The translations under genes and the position numbers were made by a program. Of a stretch of 64,000 bases of DNA, positions 1-8,019 are shown in pieces. Location: the IMG/VR virus record IMGVR_UViG_3300034520_000378; one strand, written 5' to 3'. This DNA is from a virus. The first letter of the stretch is position 1; each line of letters starts with the position of its first letter. The notes under the pieces are model-generated. The model was not told the DNA's origin, searched no databases, and was given only the letters and a program-made list of their open reading frames with translations.

Positions 1-461
1 TACATTATTCTACACTGATAGTCATTTTCCTCCTGTTCAGAACAGAATTCGGAATGAACACAAGACAGCGTAAAAGTGAACTTGTATGAGCGAAATCATG
101 AAGAACCGGAAAGCTAGAGGTGGCAGGACTTAAAGTGCGTATAAACCCTGCAGAACATGGAAGTCACGCCTAAAGGATAATTTGTGCGGGAGAAATCCCG
201 AAGGGCAGGATGCTGAAGACAGCAGCGCGCTAAAGGGGATTTTGCACGGACGAAATCCTGAGGGGGCCACCTCTCTCATCACATCGTTTCTCGCCCGTTT
301 TGGCCCCCTCCCCCTTTGTTACCCCTCCCTCCCTGCTTCCACCTTCCTCCTCCTCGCACCACCGCTCCGCTCCCTCTAGTTGTGTGGGTGCAATAAATCA
401 TCCCCCGTTGACAGTCCGTTGAGCCGTGCGGCGGGCCGAGGGGGCAGAGGAGGTGGTTAGC

Positions 462-966
462 ATGGCAGTCAGGTTTTCAGCTGTTGTTAGTGAGTTGAGG
501 GAGGCAGGGTACATACCCGAGGGCATCGAGGTGTTTGTGGGGTCTCCGTGGGGCCCATCGGCGGTGCTGCCCCTGGAGTGCACCCGGGAGGAAAGAGAGT
601 TTATGGAGCTCCAGGTGGGGATTCACCTGCCGGATGAGCTGGACCCCGAGGGCTGGGGGGGAAGACGCGCAGTTGGAGCTGCAGCTCCTCCGCGACAAGC
701 TTACCCAAGCCGGTCTACCCGATGACGACCTAGCGTTAGCCAGGTTCTTCGTGCTCCACGAGGTTGGCCACTGGGTCCACTTCATACAGGAAGGCGAGCT
801 TCCCTTTGCAGAGGACCTTATCCTCCGCCTTGGGCTCCTCGTCGATGCAGAGGAGCAGGGCTGGAGCGATGAAGAGGCGGCCCGTCAGTATAGGCAGCTG
901 CCAGTGGAGGTGCGGGCAGGCGCCTATACCTTGGAACAACTGAAACAGCTGTACGGGCGGAGCTGA
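462..966 (+). pseudogene. HExxH zinc-metallopeptidase-like protein, frameshifted at a G7 tract (655-661)
   Basis: An RBS and ATG at 462 open one frame; the LHEVGH motif is in the +1 frame. Removing one G joins them into 167 aa. Confidence 0.55.
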
Positions 967-1070
967 AACAAGGCTCCGCCTTTTCTTGTTTTGCTGGTGA
1001 AATAAAACAACCCCGATGAAAGCTCACTCTAGCATGCGGTGAGCTGAGGGGATGTAAGGAGGTGATTAGC

Positions 1071-1439
1071 ATGCTGAAGATGATTCCTGATGTCGATACA
1101 AAAGCGCTGGAGGCGGTTATTGTCCGTCTCGCAGCTAGGATCAAACAGAAAGGAGATTGGCCGGTAGAGCCGACTATTGCCGAGTGGAAAGGCTTCCGGC
1201 TCTGGGCGGGAGTCACGCCGAGGCAGGGGTTCCGGCGGGTCGTTATTACCCCGTCCGGCAAGGCGTCCTGGGCGGTCACGTTAATCGACGCCAACCCCGC
1301 CAAAGTAAGGCAAGCCGAACACAAGGTCATGGTGTACCTCACCATTGGCCTGAGGCAGGTCGTCGGCCAGGTCGACTTCAGCGGCCGGCGCCCCCTGCTC
1401 AGATGGTTCGGAGATCGAAAGGAGGTGAAAGCATGCTGA
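1071..1439 (+). CDS. hypothetical early protein
   Basis: AAGGAGG RBS; coupled to the next ORF. Confidence 0.7.
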   Translation: MLKMIPDVDTKALEAVIVRLAARIKQKGDWPVEPTIAEWKGFRLWAGVTPRQGFRRVVITPSGKASWAVTLIDANPAKVRQAEHKVMVYLTIGLRQVVGQVDFSGRRPLLRWFGDRKEVKAC

Positions 1440-1591
1440 AGAAGTACACGATCAGAAAGGGCAGCCTGGCCTGGTGGATCTCCAAGCTGCTGCCCTGGCT
1501 CGGATTGGCGCTCTTCCTCGTGGTCCTGGGGCTTATCGGCCACGAGGAGCTGAGCATTTATTGTCAGCGGCATTACCTGCCACTGCCGTAA
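1433..1591 (+). CDS. small membrane protein
   Basis: AAGGAGGTG RBS; one hydrophobic segment; followed by a terminator hairpin. Confidence 0.6.
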   Translation: MLKKYTIRKGSLAWWISKLLPWLGLALFLVVLGLIGHEELSIYCQRHYLPLP

Positions 1592-1623
1592 GGGAGGGGA
1601 CGCACTGTCTCCTCCCTTTTCTT
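1590..1623 (+). terminator. intrinsic terminator
   Basis: aagggagg-ggac/gtct-cctccctt stem followed by a T-rich tail. Confidence 0.6.
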
Positions 1624-1749
1624 GTTTGTCACACAGAAGAGCTGAATGGGACCGGCCGCTGCTCCGCATCCCCCTAGCTCTCCGGGTGAATAAACTGCCC
1701 CGTCCCGCTTCCCCATGCGGCGGCACGGGGAATGAAGGAGGTGACAAGC

Positions 1750-2241
1750 ATGGGTTGCTTTGAAGCGCGCATGTGGCTTCAGCAGTTCTGGGACCGGCAT
1801 GGCCGGCTCCCACAGACTCAAGAGGTACCCATCGAGCACAGCCGGTACCTCCGCGGTTTCAAGGTCGTCCCGGTCGGCTGGGAGTTCGAGCTCCGGCTTG
1901 CCAGTGCCCTTGCCGACCTAGGGCTGTATGTCTACCCCTACAGCCCCGAACAGGACAGACAGGGGGTAGATATCTCGTTCGAGCTGGGCGACTACATCGT
2001 CGACCTCCAGCTCAAAGCATGCAGGCCGTACCTCAATGTCGAGCTCCTTGGCTGGCACTGGCGCTCCCCATATGTGTTGGTCGAGGCACCCTACCGCGGT
2101 GGCGAGCTCCTCACCGCAGAGGTGGAAGCAATCGTAGGCCGCCTACTACGACTGCTCGACCTCGACTACACAGTCGTGCCAGCCTGGGCTCCCAAAACCG
2201 TCCTCTGCCGCTCGTGCCGTTCCTACCGCCGTTCTCGTTAG
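1750..2241 (+). CDS. putative PD-(D/E)xK nuclease-fold protein
   Basis: E...DxxGVD...DLQLK motif; AAGGAGG RBS. Confidence 0.45.
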   Translation: MGCFEARMWLQQFWDRHGRLPQTQEVPIEHSRYLRGFKVVPVGWEFELRLASALADLGLYVYPYSPEQDRQGVDISFELGDYIVDLQLKACRPYLNVELLGWHWRSPYVLVEAPYRGGELLTAEVEAIVGRLLRLLDLDYTVVPAWAPKTVLCRSCRSYRRSR

Positions 2242-2548
2242 TTATTGTACCACAGGGGAGACAGGAAGTCAAGCCCCCCTCCTGTCTCCCCTGTTCTTTT
2301 TGCCTCCACTGCTCCGCACTGATTTGTTGTTTGGGTGAATTTAGTCTCCGAGCCGCGCCGGTTGGTTGGATGAGCTGGCACCGGGAATACATAAGCCGGG
2401 CCGTAAGTCATGACGTCGCCAGCCGGTCACCTCCTCTTGCGCCGGGAGAGGAGGGAGCGACTCCCTGTAACCCCTTTTGCCAGAAGGGACGCAGGGAGGG
2501 TAATAGCCACGACGGAGAATCAAACAGGCATGAAAGGAGGAGATAACG

Positions 2549-2884
2549 ATGCTGAAGAAAGTGTGGGGCCTGCTCAAGCAAGGTGCCCTCGCCGTGGCTA
2601 AGGCAGTCATGAAAGTTGCTGCTTTCCTGTACAGCCTTGCAACCGCCTTGAAAGCCCGGCTGGCTACCGTCCACCCGCTGCTGCCGGTAGCCACAGCACC
2701 CGGTGTGGCTTACGCAGCCTATAAGGGCGCCCAGCTGTTTATGGCCTTCTGGGCTATCCTGCTTGCGCTGCCGTTCGGCCTCCTGGGTGCCCAGGGGCTC
2801 GTGAACGCTGTGGTCTTTGTGACCATGCTGCTTGTTCCGTTCACAGTAGCCGGCCTCTTCTTCACCCTGGTGGAGCAGAAGTGA
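2549..2884 (+). CDS. membrane protein
   Basis: Strong RBS; several hydrophobic helices. Confidence 0.65.
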   Translation: MLKKVWGLLKQGALAVAKAVMKVAAFLYSLATALKARLATVHPLLPVATAPGVAYAAYKGAQLFMAFWAILLALPFGLLGAQGLVNAVVFVTMLLVPFTVAGLFFTLVEQK

Positions 2885-2900
2885 TCCACTAGGGTGAAGG

Positions 2901-3085
2901 TGGAACGAACCATACTATGGCTAGATATAGCAGTATGGTATGGTACATCCACATACGTGGAACGAACCAATACTATACTGCTATATCTAGATCCCTGTTC
3001 TGTTAGAAGGGTATATAGAGTACCGTAAGCTAAGAAGCTCATATGAGCTATATAGCTTACGGTATGTTTAGTATGGTTCGTTCCA
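2901..3085. repeat. non-coding palindromic element, copy 1
   Basis: TGGAACGAACCA at 2901 and 2958, its reverse complement at 3074; nested inverted repeats; related copy at 35073-35196. Confidence 0.8.
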
Positions 3086-3203
3086 GGCCAGCTTTATTCT
3101 ATACCCTCGCTCCGCTCGGTTTAGCTGTTTAGGTGACTCTGCCGGACCCGGTGAGGCCGTGTGCGGCCGGTGGAGGCGTCCGGCACAGAAAGGAGGTGTT
3201 AGT

Positions 3204-3740
3204 GTGAATCGGATTGCTATTATTGGCACCCGGCATCCCGCGCCGGAGGCAGCGGAGCTTATCGTCCGGATCGCCCGCGCCTTCCGTGACCTGGGCTGGA
3301 CCTTGGTCACAGGCAATGCGGACGGCGTGGACAGCCTGGCGCGGGATGCGTGGAACGAGACAGCGCCGGAGCGCGTGCTGCTGTTCCTGCCGTGGCGCGG
3401 GTACAATGCAGCATACATCCACCCCCGGAACCGCGTGATCGTGTTTGACCCGCAGGTGCACCGGGTGTGGCACGACTCAGTGGCTGTTTACCATCCCGCT
3501 GCTGAGCGCCTCTCCCCTGGCGCGGTCAAGCTCCACGCCCGCAACTATGGGATCGTGGAGGCGGCCGACGTTGTCATCGCCCTGCCCAACGACAGTATCG
3601 AGGGCGGTGGGACTGGCCAGGGGATCCGGGTGGCTCGGGCGATGGGCAAACCGCTGTTTGTCCTGCCCGGCGACCTGGAGGCGCTCAGACAGTTTTACCG
3701 CCGGGCTCGGGGACTAGCTTTCGTGCCGCACCGGGGCTAG
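3204..3740 (+). CDS. DprA/Smf-like (SLOG superfamily) protein
   Basis: IAIIGTR, LVTGNADGVD, ARNYGIV and GGGTG motifs. Confidence 0.75.
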   Translation: MNRIAIIGTRHPAPEAAELIVRIARAFRDLGWTLVTGNADGVDSLARDAWNETAPERVLLFLPWRGYNAAYIHPRNRVIVFDPQVHRVWHDSVAVYHPAAERLSPGAVKLHARNYGIVEAADVVIALPNDSIEGGGTGQGIRVARAMGKPLFVLPGDLEALRQFYRRARGLAFVPHRG

Positions 3741-3838
3741 TCTCCTCTCGTAAAGCCCAGTGCCCCCACGGGTGTCTCTACTGCTATTGGAAGGCGTAGA
3801 GGCCCCGTCGGGGCTTTTTTGTTGTACTCCCCTCTCCC

Positions 3839-4087
3839 TTATACCCTCTCCTCTTTCTCCTCCCCTCCTTTCTCCCTGCAGCAGTGATGATCCGCCCGCC
3901 GCAGTCGCCGCGCCCGCCTCAGCTCCTCATACATCTCCTCCCTACCCCTCTCATATCCCTGTTCGTACACATACCTCACCAGAGCTTCTACCGTCAGCGC
4001 CTCAAGCCGTCCATCACGCAGCATGTTGTATACCGTAGCCCTGCTCACGCCGAGCAGCTTTGCAGCCATCGTCGCACTTACCTCCAT
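3839..4087 (-). CDS. excisionase-like helix-turn-helix protein
   Basis: MEVSATMAAKLLGVSRATVYNMLRDGRL; GGGG RBS. Confidence 0.7.
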   Translation of the reverse strand: MEVSATMAAKLLGVSRATVYNMLRDGRLEALTVEALVRYVYEQGYERGREEMYEELRRARRLRRADHHCCREKGGEEKEERV

Positions 4088-4100
4088 CGTGATACCCCTT

Positions 4101-4289
4101 CTGTCTAAAAGTGTCACATTAGTCCACTGGATTAACATCACTTCTTTAGACACCTCTATTCCGTATATTACCCCCGATCTCAAAATGCCGCATCCCATCG
4201 CCGTTTTCGCTCCCGCTCTATACCGCATACCTCTCTCTGTCTAAAAGTGTCGCCTTAATCCACTGGATTAACACCGCTTCTTTAGACAC
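4101..4289. repeat. two 53-bp imperfect palindromes in direct repeat (4101-4153, 4237-4289)
   Basis: ctgtctaaaagtgtc...ccactggattaaca...cttctttagacac twice. Confidence 0.85.
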
Positions 4290-4576
4290 ACAGCTCCCCT
4301 CCGCTGGCTGTAGTGTGATTTAACCAGCCTCCGGCTTACTTTAGTCCCCTTGAGTGAAGCTGCGGAGCCGGTAAACTACTCCTCCCCGGGTGGGGTGCTA
4401 TGGTGGTTGCAAAAACGCCCGCGGGACGGTAGGTCGCGACACGGGCGGCACGACCCCTCTTCGCTTCCCGTTGCCGCCAGCGCTCCGCGCTCCGTAGTCT
4501 GAACAGCAAAATTACGCAGCGGCAATCGGGATATATACCCGCACACCGGTTGTCGTTGCTGTAGGAGGTGAGAGAT

Positions 4577-5452
4577 ATGTGCGGGAGAGCTCCAAGAGAT
4601 AACCATCTGATGGGGGTTGAGCCCCCGGTGACGGCGATGGTGGTGGTCGCCGCAGACTTGCGGCTGCCGGGTGCACCGGTGCGTACTTGGCAGTTGGCGA
4701 AGGGAGGTGAGTTGGTAATTGGCGTGGCACTGGTGGAATTCAGGAATAGGACAACCGTTGGGTATATCACCACGGTTGATCATATAGGGGAAATTCGATG
4801 GCGAATCGAGGCCGGCCCGATGGGGGTATATGCCACCCAGAGTGTTATGCCCGGCCAAGAGTGGAGTCACTTCCTGGACCCGCTTGGGAGAGATGTTAGT
4901 CCGTATGTGCACGCTGCCGTGGCCCGGGCGGCGGCGGAGCTGCTGCGGCTGGATCCGGGTAAGCCCCTTGGGGACAGTAGGTTTAGTGGCGTAAGTCAGT
5001 GCGTGGCGTGTCATGCGTTTAGGATCTTGCCGCAGGGCGATCAGGTTTTAGGAGACGCCGAGGGATGGGTGCGCACGCCCAGTACTGGTGATCTCCGCGA
5101 CAGGGGGTTATGGCAGGCTGAAAGGTACTATTGCGTTGTCCGCCATGAGACGCCCGAGGATATAGAGCGTCTTGTGGCGAAGGCCAATGCGGAATACACG
5201 AGGGGATGGAGCGCCCCCATCCTTCCCCTCCATTATGCGGGAGAGGAGTGTCCGTACTTCCTCCCGAAGGGAGCCGGGCGCCGCGGTGGTTTCCCGGCTT
5301 GGGAAGTCCCCGGTGGCCAGATCTCGAGCGATAATGTCGACATCGTTGACCGGGATGGCGTCAGGACTCTGCGTGTGCGAGCAGGGTTCTGGCAGGTTGA
5401 GGTGCCAGTGAAAAAGAATACCCCGTGCGCACACACGGGGCAAAAACAGTAA
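4577..5452 (+). CDS. hypothetical protein (Cys-containing)
   Basis: AGGAGGTG RBS; long ORF. Confidence 0.65.
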   Translation: MCGRAPRDNHLMGVEPPVTAMVVVAADLRLPGAPVRTWQLAKGGELVIGVALVEFRNRTTVGYITTVDHIGEIRWRIEAGPMGVYATQSVMPGQEWSHFLDPLGRDVSPYVHAAVARAAAELLRLDPGKPLGDSRFSGVSQCVACHAFRILPQGDQVLGDAEGWVRTPSTGDLRDRGLWQAERYYCVVRHETPEDIERLVAKANAEYTRGWSAPILPLHYAGEECPYFLPKGAGRRGGFPAWEVPGGQISSDNVDIVDRDGVRTLRVRAGFWQVEVPVKKNTPCAHTGQKQ

Positions 5453-5468
5453 AAGGAGGTCGATAGTT

Positions 5469-6575
5469 ATGCTGAAAGCATTCATTCTCACAGATGATTA
5501 TACTGCGATCCTGTTTGACGATCAAGGGGAGGAGACCATCATCGGACGGCTCCTACCCGGCCTCCAGGAGGTTATTGCAGAGGAGTTTGGCCAGGCGGTT
5601 CCCGAAGTTGACGAGGTGGTTGACGAGGTTGCTGATGAACCTATCGAGGCCTGTCTGATAGACGAGGATATTGAGTTCGAGGGTGTCGCCGACCTCGAGC
5701 TCCTCGGGGACGACGGAGACCCCGGGGATCGTATACTCCCGGAGGAGTTTATCCGGTCCGGCGACCCGGTGGAGGACGAAGGCCTCACTCCACTGGACGC
5801 CGAGGAACTCATTCCAACCGGCGTGCTTTCCCAGGTAGCGGCTCCGCAGGATCTCTATGTTGCATATTTTGTCAATATCCAGCGGAGCGCGGAGAATCCG
5901 TGGGGTTCCCGCGACTCCTTCGCTGGGATCGACGCTATCGCTGCTGCCGGAAGCTCCCTCCGCAGCTTACCGTACTTCTTCCAGGTTGTTGCTGTACTCC
6001 CCCGACAGCCGCGGGGAGAGTTCAGGAATTTTATAGGCCGCGACGGCCGTGTCCACACAGTCCAGATGAAGGACCGGCCGTACGTGGTGGTTCGAGCTGG
6101 CGACATCGACGAAAACGGGAACTTCGTCCCCGGGATCGTCGATGAGGAGACTAGTGAGAGGAGGGAGCGGTACTTTGTTATCGCAGCCTGGAGCCTGTAT
6201 AACATTCGAACAGGCGAGCGGTTCCAGTACACGGAGCCGACAGCTCCAGTGCGGCTTAACGAGGAATTCCGGCGGCGTGTGTTCCAAGTTTGCTGCGAGC
6301 GGTATCCCCACCTCTTCCAGAAGGTGCTTCACCCGAGGAAACACCTCGGTGTGAAGTACTGGCGGGTTGAGGTGCCGACCGAGGGAGACGGTGAGGCCTA
6401 CGTCTCCTTCAGGTTCTGGGATGGCCGCTATACCAGAGAGGTTGTGCAAGTCTCCGGTTCTCAGCCCGTGCTTCCCGCTGCTCCAATTTCCCAGCTCCGG
6501 CTCTTTGCTCTACAGGCCGTCGCGTGGCGGCTTGTAGAGCAGGAGCTGGCTGGCGGAAAGGAGGTGAGTGAGTGA
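5469..6575 (+). CDS. hypothetical protein with a highly acidic N-terminus
   Basis: 368-aa ORF; AAGGAGG RBS. Confidence 0.7.
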   Translation: MLKAFILTDDYTAILFDDQGEETIIGRLLPGLQEVIAEEFGQAVPEVDEVVDEVADEPIEACLIDEDIEFEGVADLELLGDDGDPGDRILPEEFIRSGDPVEDEGLTPLDAEELIPTGVLSQVAAPQDLYVAYFVNIQRSAENPWGSRDSFAGIDAIAAAGSSLRSLPYFFQVVAVLPRQPRGEFRNFIGRDGRVHTVQMKDRPYVVVRAGDIDENGNFVPGIVDEETSERRERYFVIAAWSLYNIRTGERFQYTEPTAPVRLNEEFRRRVFQVCCERYPHLFQKVLHPRKHLGVKYWRVEVPTEGDGEAYVSFRFWDGRYTREVVQVSGSQPVLPAAPISQLRLFALQAVAWRLVEQELAGGKEVSE

Positions 6576-6799
6576 TGGCTCACCTCTCCCGCCAAGCGAT
6601 GGAGCAGCAGCTTCTCCAGTGGAATCCACACTGGAAGCGAACTACCGTAGAGAGTTGGCATGATCGCCAGCTCTATGCGGTCTACATGCGCTGCTTGGAG
6701 CAGCAGCGTCAGCGCCAGTGGGTGCAGCAGCGACGGACAGTACAATACTCCACACAGAGAGCCGTCCAGCTCTCTCTGTTTGACATCATCCAGGGGTGA
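6572..6799 (+). CDS. hypothetical protein
   Basis: Coupled start with RBS; terminator-like hairpin downstream. Confidence 0.6.
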   Translation: MMAHLSRQAMEQQLLQWNPHWKRTTVESWHDRQLYAVYMRCLEQQRQRQWVQQRRTVQYSTQRAVQLSLFDIIQG

Positions 6800-6982
6800 G
6801 CCCGGACCTTACCGGGTTCACCCCTTTTTTGCTTGCAATACACCGCTTCCTTGGATACAGCTTCTGGCTTGTCTTTACTTCTTACGGTGAATTACCTCTC
6901 TTAAAGGTGATTCAACTAATAGCCTGAACTTGGGACAAAAGCGCTCCGTCCAGGGTTCAGTGCCTTGCAAGGAGGTGAAAGC

Positions 6983-7186
6983 GTGTTCAAGCAAATTCTT
7001 CTTGACCTCCTCCAGCTTGGTATTACCGATACCGAGCTGGAGGACGGCACGGAGGTACGCAACCTCCGTGTCGAGCCCGGCAGGTATCCCTGCGCCTGCC
7101 GTGGTTATGTGGTGGCCGAGGTTAATGGCCGCTAGGTGCGCTACCGCTATGCACTCCCCTGCCAGGAGTGCGGCGGTTGCCACTAA
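6983..7186 (+). pseudogene. small Zn-finger-like ORF with an internal in-frame TAG (7133-7135)
   Basis: AAGGAGGTG RBS; MFKQILL...PCACRG...NGR*VRYRYALPCQECGGCH. Confidence 0.5.
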
Positions 7187-7275
7187 CAGCAGGGAAATCA
7201 CCTTACCAGGCACCCGGGTAAGGTGATTCAAACAACAGGGTGCAAATAATAACATCTTAAGGAGGTTGATAGTTT

Positions 7276-7800
7276 ATGATCATTTCGTTAGTAGGTAACG
7301 TGGGCAATGTAAGGGTGTTTACAGGGGAGGACGGCAAGAAGGCTGTCTTGTTCTCCGTCGCGGTTGACCAGAAGGCCGCGAACGGGGAAAAAGCAGCTCC
7401 AATATGGTACAGTTTCAGAGCGGTAAACGGCTTAGCTGAGACGCTAAGCCAGTACTTGACAAAGGGGCGGCTTGTGTATGTCGCGGGGACCTCCCCACGG
7501 ATACGCCAGTACGAGGTTGAGCGCACGCTCAACGTCGCTGGCGTGGGGACGGTGAAATTCAAGGACATTCGCCAGGAGGTTGAATACCTTCTGACGGACT
7601 TCAGATTCCTTGATGCGCCTGCTACTCAGGCTGCCCCGCAGGTTATCGAAGCTCAGGTTGTTGCTCCTGCTGCTCAGGCTGCTACCGCACAGGCTGCTCC
7701 TCAAGCTACTCCGCAGACGGTCGCCCAGGCCTCCCTGAAGGCTTCGGCTGTTCAGGTCGCTCAGGCTGCTCAGGCCATTCCTGAAGACTTGCCGTTCTGA
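7276..7800 (+). CDS. ssb: single-stranded DNA-binding protein
   Basis: OB-fold motifs (LVGNVG, YLTKGRLVYVAG); Ala/Gln linker; EDLPF tail. Confidence 0.85.
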   Translation: MIISLVGNVGNVRVFTGEDGKKAVLFSVAVDQKAANGEKAAPIWYSFRAVNGLAETLSQYLTKGRLVYVAGTSPRIRQYEVERTLNVAGVGTVKFKDIRQEVEYLLTDFRFLDAPATQAAPQVIEAQVVAPAAQAATAQAAPQATPQTVAQASLKASAVQVAQAAQAIPEDLPF

Positions 7801-7805
7801 AAGCA

Positions 7806-7842
7806 AGGCAGCGCTGGACCTCCCGGTGCTGCCTTTTCTTGT
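7806..7842 (+). terminator. intrinsic terminator
   Basis: aaggcagc...gctgcctt stem followed by TTCTTGTT. Confidence 0.65.
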
Positions 7843-7964
7843 TCAGCTTTGCCTGGTGCTTGGCCGGCACAGACCAGCGGTAGGCGGCTGAATGATTTCG
7901 CTTAAAGGTGCAAGTAGAGTGCCTCTCTAGGCAGCAACACAAACCTGTTGCTGCCTTTTCTTGT

Positions 7965-7993
7965 TTGACTTTGTGTCTCGCATATGGTACAAT
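7965..7993 (+). promoter_or_regulatory. sigmaA-like promoter with embedded operator
   Basis: TTGACT-17-TACAAT with extended -10 TG; TGTCTC-N6-GGTACA. Confidence 0.75.
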
Positions 7994-8019
7994 GTGTCTG
8001 AAAGGAGGTGCCTAGTGTC

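Noticed and set aside
1640-1740. c-di-AMP riboswitch-like words (GCTGAAT, GGGTGAAT)
   Set aside because: The remaining conserved elements could not be found.
818-1813. 331-aa minus-strand ORF and similar antisense shadow ORFs
   Set aside because: They overlap RBS-supported + strand genes and have no recognisable motifs.
2901-4289. Repeats considered as a mini-CRISPR
   Set aside because: Only two or three copies, partly inverted, with no regular repeat-spacer period and no cas genes.
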